From contig OZ244999.1 of the NCBI GenBank assembly GCA_965223265.1, forward strand, positions 4,160,001 to 4,224,000: 64,000 bases of DNA, written 5' to 3'. The notes beneath the pieces are model-generated. The model ran no database searches, was not told the origin of the DNA, and saw only the letters and a program-made list of their open reading frames with translations. The translations under genes and the position numbers were made by a program. Source of the stretch: Planctomycetota bacterium. GTDB lineage: Bacteria; Planctomycetota; UBA8108; SXIK01. Shown here one piece after another: positions 1-9,941 of the stretch (positions are counted from its first letter, which is position 1; each line of letters begins with the position of its first letter).

Positions 1-2
1 CG

Positions 3-227
3 TGTGGCTTCGTCGAAATGGCCGTGCGCGAGCTGGGAGCGCGGCGCGTTCTCTTCGGCAGCGACGCTGGCGGGCGAAGCTTCGGATCGCAGCTGGCAAA
101 AGTCACGGGCGCGGCGGTCGACGACGACGCCAAGCGCGCTATCTTGGGCGACAACCTGCGCCGCTTGCTGGAGCCAATCCTGCGGGCCAAGGGGCGCGCC
201 GTCGACGATCAACCCGAACCCAAATGA
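3..227 (+). CDS. Amidohydrolase-family protein, C-terminal part (runs off left edge)
   Basis: Frame reads ...GFVEMAVRELGARRVLFGSD...AILGDNLRRLL, the typical amidohydrolase_2 C-terminus. Confidence 0.75.
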   Translation, partial: CGFVEMAVRELGARRVLFGSDAGGRSFGSQLAKVTGAAVDDDAKRAILGDNLRRLLEPILRAKGRAVDDQPEPK

Positions 228-273
228 ATCGTTCAGCACCCGCCGCGAAATCGTCTTCTGAGTCTCGCTGCAG

Positions 274-1047
274 ATGACTATCGACGTCAACGTTCTCATG
301 CCCCCGTGGCCGTTTCGGCACACTCCAGTGAACGACGCCACAGAGCTCTCGCGCGCACTGGCTGAGCGCGGCATCGTCGCCGCGTGGGTCGGCAGCGCCG
401 AAAGTTGTTTCGACCGTGACGTCGCAGGAGCCAACCGGCGACTCACACGCGCTTGCCATGAAGCACGAGAAGCGAAGCTAATCCCTTGGGGAACGGTCAA
501 TCCGCTCGCGCCCGATTGGCGCGACGACATCCGCCGCTGCCACGAGCAGCACGGTATGCCAGGGCTGCGCTTGACACCGGCGTGCCATGGTTACGGTCTC
601 GATGACGCGCGTCTCACAGAAGCGCTGAATCTCGCGGGCGAACGCGGCATGATCGTTAGCATCATCCTCGACTTTGAGGACGTGCGTACGCAGCATCCTG
701 TGTTTCGGATTCCGCGCCTTTCAGGCGCGCCGCTAGCGAGCTTGATCCAGGCGCAGCCGACCACCAAGATCGTCCTGCTGAACGCGTGGCGATCGATCTC
801 GCTCGAGGACGCCGGCAAGCTGGTTGCCGCAGGAGACGTCTACTTCGACCTCGCCATGCTCGAAGGCGTTGACCGTCTTACGCAGCTGGTGGAGCACGTC
901 GGCTCCGAGCGTGTGCTCTTCGGTTCTTGGTATCCTCTCTTCTACGTCGAGTCCGCGCTCTTGAAACTGCGCGAAAGCCAAATTGCGTCGGATGTCCTCG
1001 AGAGGATTCACCGCAAGAACGCGGCACGCCTTATTGGCAGCGAGTGA
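274..1047 (+). CDS. Amidohydrolase_2 family metal-dependent hydrolase
   Basis: IDVN start, GTVNP, VYFDLA, ERVLFGSWYP, NAARL; tandem with upstream amidohydrolase. Confidence 0.8.
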   Translation: MTIDVNVLMPPWPFRHTPVNDATELSRALAERGIVAAWVGSAESCFDRDVAGANRRLTRACHEAREAKLIPWGTVNPLAPDWRDDIRRCHEQHGMPGLRLTPACHGYGLDDARLTEALNLAGERGMIVSIILDFEDVRTQHPVFRIPRLSGAPLASLIQAQPTTKIVLLNAWRSISLEDAGKLVAAGDVYFDLAMLEGVDRLTQLVEHVGSERVLFGSWYPLFYVESALLKLRESQIASDVLERIHRKNAARLIGSE

Positions 1048-1361
1048 GCTCACGCGGGCGATCGTCCGCATCGATCTTCGCAGGTGGAGTCAGCGAATCG
1101 CGAAGCCTGCGTCGAGCGCGAACTATTTCGCAAGAATAAGGAGCCGAGATTTTACGCACACTCATCGTGCGTGCTTTCGGCGAAAACTTTCTCGTGTCCG
1201 CGGATTTCTTCGTCATCCGAAGCTCGCCAAGGTCGCTAGCTGCAGCCGTTTGTGCACGCGTGGCGACCACTTTCGCAATGAGGTCGCTTCACGTCGGCGA
1301 TGGAATACGATTTGCACGCGACGCTCGTGGACGAGGAGAGTGGTCGGTACAGGTTTCTTAG

Positions 1362-1520
1362 CAGCCTGTTGAAAAAGTGCTTCGAGCCGAAAACTGGTCT
1401 CTTCGCGTCCAGATCGGCCGCGGCAAACGCAGGTAATCTCCGAGATTTTCGAGTATTGACGCGGTCGAGCTGGGCGTGAAGAGGCCGGTTTCTCGGCCGA
1501 ATGACTTTTTCAACGGGCTG
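1362..1520. mobile_element. MITE, 159 bp, IS5/IS1182-like ends (copy 1)
   Basis: TIRs cagcctgttgaaaaagt / actttttcaacgggctg; TTAG on both sides (1358-1361, 1521-1524); related inverted copy at 59981-60152. Confidence 0.8.
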
Positions 1521-1556
1521 TTAGAGTACTGGGTCACTCTACGGGAGGACGCAGAC

Positions 1557-4500
1557 ATGGGACGCACACAACGACTCTCGACGTGTCTCTTGGCGTTTCT
1601 TGTGGGCAGCTCAGCGGTAGTACTTCTTGCAGGGGCACCCCCGCCGCAGTGTCCGGACGATCCAGTGAAGTGGTCGCAGCGTCCAGGCGATTCCTGGTTC
1701 CTTCCATCGAGCATCGATTGGTCTGACCAGGAGCCCAACACGGTCGCCGCAGACGACTTCATCTCAGATGGACGCCCCATCACGGGGGTCAGGTTTTGGG
1801 GATCCAACATGCCGCCGGAGGATCCCTTTGGCGATATCGACGGCTGGCTGATCAGCTTTCACGCCGACGACGGCGGTGATCGACCGACAGAGCTCCTCGG
1901 GCTCTACTTTTGTCCGGTGGACAAAGTTTCAGTGCAGCCGGCCGCGGTCGGCAGCTGCTTCGGCACACGCACCATTCAAGAGTACTGCGTGCAGCTGGCG
2001 GACTGCTGCCCCGTTCACATCGACCGCCCCGATCCGCGCGATGGCAGCACACCGGCACGGCGGAAGTTCTTTGCCGAGGTGAACCAAATGCGCTATTGGA
2101 TCGACATCCAGGCTGTGACTGGGCACACCTATGATGAGAACTGCGAAATCGTGACGACAGGGCACGAGACGAGCGAGGTGTTCTGGGCCTGGCACAAGGG
2201 GCCAGGCCTGACTCTCTCGCCCCCGGCCTTCGGTCAGGTGGAAATGGATGGTGAGGATTGGGTCTACAGCTGGGGTCTCGACTTCCCGGCGTTTTGCACT
2301 CAAGACGGCAACATGGCCTTCGAGCTCCTGGCGGGTGGGCCGCCAAAAGAGTGCCGCGGGCCGAGAGTCCAGTTGGACTTCGAAGATCTACCGCTCGGCA
2401 TGGTCTACAACTCGGGCGACACGTTCGTGACGGGCGGCGCGGTAGTCTCCGTGGGCGACTTCGCCTTTAGTCCGGGTGCCTGCACCGGCGGTACGACTAG
2501 CGGTGCGGCAGAAGTTGTCAGCGGCGGTGCGGCGTGCGGCGCTGGAAAGGAGTTGGGAATCAACAACGTTACCCTAGAGTTTGATTTTGGCAGGCGAGTC
2601 GAAGACATGTCGCTTCGCTACGGCGAGTTCGGCGGCACGGTGAGTCTCGAAATCAACGGCGTGTGCCGCGTGGCGCAGAACTTCGCGGACTTCGATGGCA
2701 CCACTCTCGGCGGCGTTGTGATCTCCGCGCTGGATTTCGGCACGCCAGGTCAGAGCTGTGGCTGGCTCAGATTCGCCGGCGACTTCAACTCTTTCACCAT
2801 TGGCGGCCAGGAACTTTGGATCGATGAGGTCTGCGGCTGCGAAGTCCCGAACAAGTGTCCAGAACGACGAGCCCAAGCTGACTTTGAGGACTTGGCTCCG
2901 TCCACTGTGTACACCGCCGGTGAGAGTTTCTTGACGGACGGCGCCGCAGTCACCGTCGGTGAGTTTCACTTTGCGCCTGGTGCCTGCACGGGCGGCACGA
3001 CCAGCGGCTTCGCCGAAGTGGAAACCGGGGGACTGGCGTGCGGTTCAGGCAACGAGCTCCAGGTCAACAACGTCACGCTCGATTTCGACTTCGGAAGCGC
3101 GGTGGAAAACCTCGGGCTGCTCTACGGCGAGTACGGCGGCACCGTCAGTCTCGAGATCAACGGTGACTGCCGCGTCGTCGCCAATTTCGCTGACCTCGAC
3201 GGCGCGACGCTCGGCGGCGTCGTGGTCTCAGCCGTTGACTTCGGCGCTGCTGGACAAAGCTGTGGCCGACTCTCTTTCGCCGGCACCGTGGACTCGTTCG
3301 TCATCGGTGGTCAGGAACTTTGGATCGACGAAGTGTGTGCCTGTCCTCGACCGAAGTGTCCTGACGTGAACCAGACGGACTTCGAGGATCTGGCGCTCGG
3401 CATGACGTACAACTCTGGCGATTCCTTTGTGACCGATGGCGCCACGGTGTCCGTCACCGACTTTTTCTTCAACCTCGGCGTCTGCGGCGGTGCAACGACG
3501 AGTGGTTTCACCGAGGTAGAAAACGGCGGCGTCGCCTGCGGTGCGGGCAACGAACTCCAGGTCAACAACGTCACTCTGAATTTCGACTATGGCACGCCGG
3601 TGGACAACGTTTCGCTGCGCTTTCGCTGGCTTGGCGGTGAGACCAGCCTCGAAGTCAACGGCGACTGTCTCGTCGTGCCAAACTTTGACGCGCTCGATAC
3701 AGTCATTCTTGGCGGTGTCGTCGTCTCCGTGAAGGGCACGCCAGGTCTTTGCCAGCGTCTGTCGCTTTCCGGTACGGTGAGTTCCTTCGGCATCGGGGGT
3801 CAAGAGCTCTGGATCGATGATGTCTGCACGTGCCCGGTTCCAGCGCTCTGCCCGGACTTGTCGGTGAAATGGTCCCAACCTCCCGGGGAGGCGTCGTGGC
3901 TGTCGCCGTCGAGTCTCGACTGGCTCGATATGGAGCCGAACATCGTTACGGCGGACGACTTCATCTCCGACGGGCGTCCGATAGCAGGAGTCCGTTTTTG
4001 GGGATCCAACTTGCCGCCCGGGGACCCGTTCGCGGACATCGATGGCTGGCTCGTCAGCTTCCACGCTGCCGACGAGTCCGATGCACCGACGGAGCTGCTA
4101 GGGCTTTACTTCTGTCCAAAGGAACGCGTGACGATCAGGCCAACGAACATCGGCAGCTGTTTCGGCAGTCGTGTCGTTCACGAGTACTGCGTTCTTCTCG
4201 CCGACTGCTGTCCCGTTCACATCGAACGCCCGGATCCGCGCAACGGAGTCGCACCCGCGTGGGCTGATCTGTTCACAGAGGTCGAGGGGTTTCGCTATTG
4301 GCTCGACATTCAAGCTGTCACGGGACACACCTACGATCCGGACAGCTGTGAGCTTGTGATCACCGACAAAGCAGCCGACGAGGTCTTTTGGGGCTGGCAC
4401 CGGAGTCCGGGGCTCGACCTCGACCCACCGGCGTTCGGCCAGGTTCACATGGACGGGGAGGACTGGGCTTACTCATGGGACCTCGACTTCCCGCAGTTCT

Positions 4501-5135
4501 GCGAGCAGGACCGCAACCAAGCGTTCGAGCTCTTCGTCGGGGAACCACCTGAGCCTGTCTTCAAACGCGGTGACGTCACCTGCGACGGCTGTGTGACCGT
4601 GTACGATGCGTCACGTCTCGCCGAAGCACTCTTCATCGGGTCGACAACGTTTTGCTGCGAGGACGCGGCGGACGCCAACGACGATGGCATAGTGAACATC
4701 ACTGACACGGTAGAGATCTTGAACTACATTGCGACCGGGAGTCCCGTGCCACCGGCGCCGGGCCCGACCGTCTGCGGCCCTGATCCGAGTGCCGACAGTC
4801 TGGGCTGCACGAGTTACCCACAACAGGCGTGCAAAGCCGTCTGCCGGCTGCGCCGACCCTGCGATTGTAACGAAGACGGTCTGCTCGACATCGCTGATCC
4901 CGTTTGCTTGTTGAACCACTTGTTCGTGAACCTGCCGCCGACGCTGCCGTGTGGACCGCTCGGGAGTCTCAACCTCTTCGACGCCAACGCCGATGGAGCG
5001 ATCGACATCTCGGATGCGGTGTGGAAGCTCAACTGGATGTTCGTCGGTACGCAGACGCCGCTCATGTGCCGCGACGGCAGCTGCATCGAGTGCATTCTGG
5101 TGCCGGACTGCCCGGAGTTGTGTACTACGCCGTAG
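1557..5135 (+). CDS. Large secreted Cys-rich modular protein, A-B-B-B-A' plus two dockerin-like domains
   Basis: ATG 1557 after ggagg RBS (ORF-track start 1476 lies in the MITE); signal peptide; two KWSQ.P...AADDFISDGRPI domains; three DFEDL...IGGQELWIDEVC repeats; FKRGDVTCDG, DANDDGIVNITD, DCNEDGLLDIAD, DANADGAIDISD. Confidence 0.85.
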   Translation: MGRTQRLSTCLLAFLVGSSAVVLLAGAPPPQCPDDPVKWSQRPGDSWFLPSSIDWSDQEPNTVAADDFISDGRPITGVRFWGSNMPPEDPFGDIDGWLISFHADDGGDRPTELLGLYFCPVDKVSVQPAAVGSCFGTRTIQEYCVQLADCCPVHIDRPDPRDGSTPARRKFFAEVNQMRYWIDIQAVTGHTYDENCEIVTTGHETSEVFWAWHKGPGLTLSPPAFGQVEMDGEDWVYSWGLDFPAFCTQDGNMAFELLAGGPPKECRGPRVQLDFEDLPLGMVYNSGDTFVTGGAVVSVGDFAFSPGACTGGTTSGAAEVVSGGAACGAGKELGINNVTLEFDFGRRVEDMSLRYGEFGGTVSLEINGVCRVAQNFADFDGTTLGGVVISALDFGTPGQSCGWLRFAGDFNSFTIGGQELWIDEVCGCEVPNKCPERRAQADFEDLAPSTVYTAGESFLTDGAAVTVGEFHFAPGACTGGTTSGFAEVETGGLACGSGNELQVNNVTLDFDFGSAVENLGLLYGEYGGTVSLEINGDCRVVANFADLDGATLGGVVVSAVDFGAAGQSCGRLSFAGTVDSFVIGGQELWIDEVCACPRPKCPDVNQTDFEDLALGMTYNSGDSFVTDGATVSVTDFFFNLGVCGGATTSGFTEVENGGVACGAGNELQVNNVTLNFDYGTPVDNVSLRFRWLGGETSLEVNGDCLVVPNFDALDTVILGGVVVSVKGTPGLCQRLSLSGTVSSFGIGGQELWIDDVCTCPVPALCPDLSVKWSQPPGEASWLSPSSLDWLDMEPNIVTADDFISDGRPIAGVRFWGSNLPPGDPFADIDGWLVSFHAADESDAPTELLGLYFCPKERVTIRPTNIGSCFGSRVVHEYCVLLADCCPVHIERPDPRNGVAPAWADLFTEVEGFRYWLDIQAVTGHTYDPDSCELVITDKAADEVFWGWHRSPGLDLDPPAFGQVHMDGEDWAYSWDLDFPQFCEQDRNQAFELFVGEPPEPVFKRGDVTCDGCVTVYDASRLAEALFIGSTTFCCEDAADANDDGIVNITDTVEILNYIATGSPVPPAPGPTVCGPDPSADSLGCTSYPQQACKAVCRLRRPCDCNEDGLLDIADPVCLLNHLFVNLPPTLPCGPLGSLNLFDANADGAIDISDAVWKLNWMFVGTQTPLMCRDGSCIECILVPDCPELCTTP

Positions 5136-5245
5136 TGATCATTTTTTGCTGACTCAACGTGTGGGCTGAGCAGCGCCCCTCGATGGCTTGGTGTCGCAGC
5201 GGACACTCGGCCTTCGAGGGGCGTGTGCTGGACGAACAGCCAGCA

Positions 5246-6103
5246 TCACTCCTTGCCGCCGCCGCGACGTCTGAGCGCTCGGAAAACACTCCTCCGATCG
5301 AGATCGAACGGCTCCCCTTTGAGCTCAGCCAGCTTGCTTTGTTGTTCCTCCGAGAGCACGACGAGCGCTGCAGCGTTCGCCTCGGCGCCAGCGGCTTCCG
5401 CGACCTCACGCAGCTTTTGCCACCCGCCACGCCCGGCCGAATCTCGGTCCTTCTTTGGACGATCTTCTCCGCCACGGCGAGCTGCGCGCCGCAGCTCGTG
5501 CGCCGACTCACGCACTTTCTCGTTGCGCTCTTTGATCACCTCTCGAAGCTTTGAGACCTGTTCGTCGCTCAGCTGCAGTGCGGTAACGACTCGCCCCGCC
5601 ACCAGCCCATTCACCCCTTGAACCTGTAAAACAATCTCGTCGATGCGCCGAAGCTGCTCTGGGTTGAGGACTGCATCGATCTTTGCGTCAGTCTCTTTGT
5701 TTAGTGCTTCGTGCTTCGCCTTCAGCTCAGCACGGGCAGCCTGACGATCCTCGGAACCACGATCACGATCGCGACCACGACCCTGGGCACGATCGCGCCC
5801 GCCAGCATGATCACGTCCGCCGGCGCGATCGCGACCACGACCTCGGCGTCGCGGTGCGAATTCCTCTCGGGCTTCGCGGTGTTCGGAGAGGATTCGATCG
5901 AGCTCCTGAGCCTGCTCGTCGGTGATCTTCAGCTCCTGCTGCACTTGGTCGGAAGCAACAATCTGATTCTTCTTGAGCGGCCCCCAAAGTCTCGCATCGC
6001 GTGGACCACGGCCTCGGCCATCCCGAGCCTGGGCGAAAGTCAACGACGGCATCGACACAACAGCGAGGCAGAGAGCAGAGAGTAGGACTTGGTATCGTTG
6101 CAT
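5246..6103 (-). CDS. Secreted helical protein (LTxEQ-type motifs, Arg/Gly/Asp-rich linkers)
   Basis: Signal peptide; ELKITDEQ, VLNPEQ, LQLSDEQ, VLSEEQ...ELKGEPFD. Confidence 0.65.
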   Translation of the reverse strand: MQRYQVLLSALCLAVVSMPSLTFAQARDGRGRGPRDARLWGPLKKNQIVASDQVQQELKITDEQAQELDRILSEHREAREEFAPRRRGRGRDRAGGRDHAGGRDRAQGRGRDRDRGSEDRQAARAELKAKHEALNKETDAKIDAVLNPEQLRRIDEIVLQVQGVNGLVAGRVVTALQLSDEQVSKLREVIKERNEKVRESAHELRRAARRGGEDRPKKDRDSAGRGGWQKLREVAEAAGAEANAAALVVLSEEQQSKLAELKGEPFDLDRRSVFRALRRRGGGKE

Positions 6104-6346
6104 GGCACTTCTCCTGGGTTAGTATCTGACTGAACACGCGAACACAAATCGTGGCTCGCGCGAACGCTGAATAGCCCGTTGAACCCCGTTGGTGGACGGA
6201 TGGCACGCCGTTTCTTTCAGAAAGCGCGATCGTCACGAGCTTGCGGGGGGAGCCGTAGGCCAAGTCAGGTGATTTTTTTCCGTCAGCCACGGTGCACCGG
6301 ACAGCGCGGAGAATCGCCGCGACAGCCCTGGTGATACCCTGGCGGC

Positions 6347-7426
6347 TCAGCCTCGAAACATCGCCTCGTCGATCCACCCGGGCCGCAGCGGCCGTGCCGC
6401 CCAATCGACCGGTACGCTCGCAACCGCAACAGGTGCTCCGCCGCGCTCAAGGTGGGAGTAATAGCCGGCGAGGAAGAGCTGTGTCTTCTTGCGGATGACG
6501 TCAAACGATTGAAACGGAATGCCGCTGAACGCGCGCTGCATGTCAAAGAGCTGCGGTGAGAAGTATTGATACAGTGTCTCGTGGCGCTCAGGGCTACGGT
6601 TGACCATCGTGCTCTCTTCCCCACGTTCGCCGACAACCCGAAGCGACAGGTACGGAACCTCGGTCCCTGCATGGAGTGCGGCGAGGAACGGCGGCTGCTC
6701 GCCGCTACCGCGAAAGCGCATGGTTTCCTGCAGGTACGTGCAAGCAGCGTCGTTGTCGGTGATGACGGAGACTTGGTCGACGTCGTAACCGAGGACACGC
6801 AAGACGAACCATTGAAGGTGAAAGTGCCCGGCGTACTCGCGGCTGTTGCCGATGCCGTGCACCGATTTGATCGTGCCGACGTTCTCGAGTCGCCGCTTCA
6901 GATCTGACGACTGCAAAAAGTGCTCTCCGACGCTGCTCGCCATAAGCGGCGTGTTGTGTTTGGCGGCAAGCTCAAGAATCATGTCGATGTCGCGGAGGCG
7001 ATAGCTAAAGGGGCGACTCAAGTAGGTCGGCACGCCAGACTCGACGTACGGCCTCGCGAGAAGGTGTTGCCACGGCACCTCATACATGCCGCCAAACGCG
7101 ATGGCGTCGACCTTACCGAGCATGCCGTCGTAGTTGGTGACCGCTTCGCACCCATACTTGGCGGCGAATTTCTGCGCTTGCTCCGGTTTGACGTCCCAAC
7201 AGTGCGTCAACTCCATGTTGAACATCGGCGTGCCGAGAGGCCCCTGCGCGGCGAGCAGATCGGCCCAGATGCCCCAGAACGTGAACTCGCCCACGTTGAA
7301 GGCACCGATGCGGATCTTTCGATTCTCCTGAGTGGCGTCCGGGCTCGCCGCTGGCGAAGCGGCAGCGAAGGGTGCAGCGAGGGTCGTTCCGGCGAGCGAC
7401 GTCAAGAAGGTGCGTCGATCTGGCAT
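6347..7426 (-). CDS. Tat-exported Gfo/Idh/MocA-like oxidoreductase
   Basis: MPDRRTFL twin-Arg signal; KIRIGAFNVG; WDVKPEQAQKFAAKYG; VPTYLSRPF. Confidence 0.7.
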   Translation of the reverse strand: MPDRRTFLTSLAGTTLAAPFAAASPAASPDATQENRKIRIGAFNVGEFTFWGIWADLLAAQGPLGTPMFNMELTHCWDVKPEQAQKFAAKYGCEAVTNYDGMLGKVDAIAFGGMYEVPWQHLLARPYVESGVPTYLSRPFSYRLRDIDMILELAAKHNTPLMASSVGEHFLQSSDLKRRLENVGTIKSVHGIGNSREYAGHFHLQWFVLRVLGYDVDQVSVITDNDAACTYLQETMRFRGSGEQPPFLAALHAGTEVPYLSLRVVGERGEESTMVNRSPERHETLYQYFSPQLFDMQRAFSGIPFQSFDVIRKKTQLFLAGYYSHLERGGAPVAVASVPVDWAARPLRPGWIDEAMFRG

Positions 7427-7575
7427 AGTTGTCTCCATTCTCCAGCGTCGACAACCTCGAGTTCGGCCATCTCTCGGCGGCCTGGCTCGACGAATTTGCC
7501 GGGATTCAAGACTTTGGATTCTTTCTACCCTGAAAAGAAAACGATGTGCACGTTCAAAAACTCTTGTCCGCAAAA

Positions 7576-7933
7576 GTAGCAGGCACACTCCGTGTGCCGT
7601 GGCCTGAGAAAAGAATGGGCGGCACACGGAGAGGCTGTGAAACTTTTAGAACTTGCCGTCGCAACGCACGGTCACGGTCCACGGTCACGGTCACGGCCGG
7701 ACGGCACACGGAGTCTGCCTACTACTTTGGAGACGCTCACGCTCACGAGAACGGACGCTCACGGTCCGGACGGCACACGGAGTCTGCCTACTACTTTGAA
7801 AATCGTCTTGGTGGAGGTTCGTGTCTATAGTAGCAGGCACACGCCGTGTGCCGTTCTGGAGGTGAGCGCGAAGCGTGACCGTGAGTTCCGCTAGCACGCT
7901 CGAAAAACTTCACAGCCAGTGTGCCTACTACTT
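7576..7933. repeat. Cluster of GTAG-type REP hairpins with hexamer tracts
   Basis: gtagcaggcacactccgtgtgccgt at 7576 and a variant near 7831 (+); variants cggacggcacacggagtctgcctactac near 7698 and 7767 (-); partial near 7920; cacggt/cacgct runs between them. Confidence 0.85.
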
Positions 7934-8046
7934 TGGTGCGCCGAATGGCCAAACTCGAGATAACAGACCGTTCAAAAAACCCGCCGCCTCACCTCACCGC
8001 GGTAAGACGGTGGCGAAGCTTCGCGGTCTCGATCGAAGTCCGTGCT

Positions 8047-9795
8047 TCACCGATTCCGGCGCGGTAGAAAATCCACAGTCTCTACGTCATTGGTCAGCGG
8101 CTTTCCCGGTCGGCTGCGCCCGCTTCGGATCACTTCCTCAAGGTGTGCAACCATGGCGTCGATGCGCTCCGGGTGTGCGCCCGCCAGGTTCGTCGCCTCG
8201 CCCGGATCGGCGTCGAGATCAAAGAGCTGGACGAACGGCGCCCGCGTCAGGTCAGCCTGGGTTGGCTCACGCCCGATGGCCGCAACCGCCGCAGTCCACG
8301 CCTCCTCGGCGCCGGGACGGTTTCCGTGTCGTCCGATGGACCCACTTCCGGGGCAAAGGGCCAACTTCCAGTTCGCACTGCGAACGACGAAGCTGCGCGG
8401 CGAGTTCAGGATGATGCTCCGACGCGGCGATCCGCCGGCAGGATTCTTCAGAAGTGGCAGAAAGCTGATCGAGTCGGGCGCCTGATCGTCGGCGAGCTCG
8501 ACGCCTGCGACCTCCGCCAGGGTCCCCATCAGGTCGTTGAGCCCGATGAGCCCAGACGACTCCGAATCTGACGGAACGACAGCGGGCCAGCGCGCAACGA
8601 ACGGCACTCGAAGTCCACCTTCGTAGATGGAAAACTTGTAACCGCGGTACGGTCCAGACGGGTAATGGCCGATCTTTTCGAGCTCACGGATCTGACCGGA
8701 GATCGCCTTGCGCTGCGGTCCTGCGTACGAAGCCGGGCCATGATCAGACGTCGCCATGATCAACGTGTTCGCCGCAAGCCCATGCGCATCGAGCGCTCGG
8801 AGGACGCGGCCGACGCAGTCGTCCGTCTCCATGATAAAATCGCCGTACGGCCCAATCTCACTCTGCTTTTGAAACTCCGCGCGCGGACTCACGGGAGTGT
8901 GAGGCGACGTCAGCGCGAGGTAGAGAAAAAACGGCCTACCACGTTTCGCCGCGCGGGCGTTCTCAGCGATGAAACGCTCAGCTTCGGTCGAAAACGTATC
9001 CAAGACCTTGTGGTCTTCGAAGTCGACCGCCGCCGGACCAACGCGGTTGAACGCACTCCATCCCTTCTGCGCTGTCACCTCACCGAGCCAGTGATTGTTG
9101 CGCAAGAACGCATACGGATACATGTCGAGCGAGCCAGGAAGGATAAAACTATCGTCAAACCCCAGCTGCGGTGGTCCCATGAGAAGCGGCTTCGTGAAAT
9201 CGATGTTGTCCTTGCCCTGCGTCTTGCCATCGGTCGTTTGCATGCGCGTGCCGAGATGCCACTTGCCGACGTAACCCGTGCGATATCCTGCCGCGCGGAG
9301 CATGCTGCCGAGAGTGAACTGGCTGGTCGCAAGGTGTGGCTGAAGAAAGCCCATGCGCCCTCGCGGCGATGGCTCTTTGAAGCGCCAGGCGTAGCGCCCC
9401 GTCATGATGGAAACGCGCGACGGAACACACACGGAGTAGATCGAGTGCGCGTCGGTGAATCGGACTCCTTCCGCTGCCAGGCGGTCGAAGTTCGGTGTGG
9501 CGACGCGGCAGCGATCCTTGCCGAAGCACTTGATGTCGCCGAAGCCGAGATCGTCCGCCATGATGTAGACGATGTTCGGTCGCGGGACACCGGTAGCAGC
9601 GGCAGCGTTGGAGGGCTTGGCATCTGAAACCGACGCGGGTTCGGCCCACAGGGAAACGTCGATACAGGAGACGAGCAGGACGGCCGCAGTCAACACGGAG
9701 GATGCCCAGTGGGTAAATGCTGTCATCGAGCTTCGCAATACGGTCGATGCCCCATGTGGCCGACCTTCTTTAAGCAAAAAACCATGTACTCGCAT
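8047..9795 (-). CDS. Arylsulfatase (FGly-dependent); start may be 9726
   Basis: RPNIVYIMADDLGFGD, CVPSR, GKWHLG, TSDHG, YEGGLRVPF. Confidence 0.92.
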   Translation of the reverse strand: MRVHGFLLKEGRPHGASTVLRSSMTAFTHWASSVLTAAVLLVSCIDVSLWAEPASVSDAKPSNAAAATGVPRPNIVYIMADDLGFGDIKCFGKDRCRVATPNFDRLAAEGVRFTDAHSIYSVCVPSRVSIMTGRYAWRFKEPSPRGRMGFLQPHLATSQFTLGSMLRAAGYRTGYVGKWHLGTRMQTTDGKTQGKDNIDFTKPLLMGPPQLGFDDSFILPGSLDMYPYAFLRNNHWLGEVTAQKGWSAFNRVGPAAVDFEDHKVLDTFSTEAERFIAENARAAKRGRPFFLYLALTSPHTPVSPRAEFQKQSEIGPYGDFIMETDDCVGRVLRALDAHGLAANTLIMATSDHGPASYAGPQRKAISGQIRELEKIGHYPSGPYRGYKFSIYEGGLRVPFVARWPAVVPSDSESSGLIGLNDLMGTLAEVAGVELADDQAPDSISFLPLLKNPAGGSPRRSIILNSPRSFVVRSANWKLALCPGSGSIGRHGNRPGAEEAWTAAVAAIGREPTQADLTRAPFVQLFDLDADPGEATNLAGAHPERIDAMVAHLEEVIRSGRSRPGKPLTNDVETVDFLPRRNR

Positions 9796-9941
9796 GGAGA
9801 CCTTTCATGACCGAGACGTTGTTCTTGGTTCCTGGTTCAATAGTCGTGTAATGTCATCCAGCCACGCAGCCGCACGCTGCACCGAAGCGCTGTGGCGAGC
9901 CGACTCATTCTACACACTCAAACGATCAGCGTAGCGGCGAC

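Noticed and set aside
6200-6216. sigma54 promoter (tggcacgccgtttct)
   Set aside because: No GC at -12 and it faces away from the nearby minus-strand gene.
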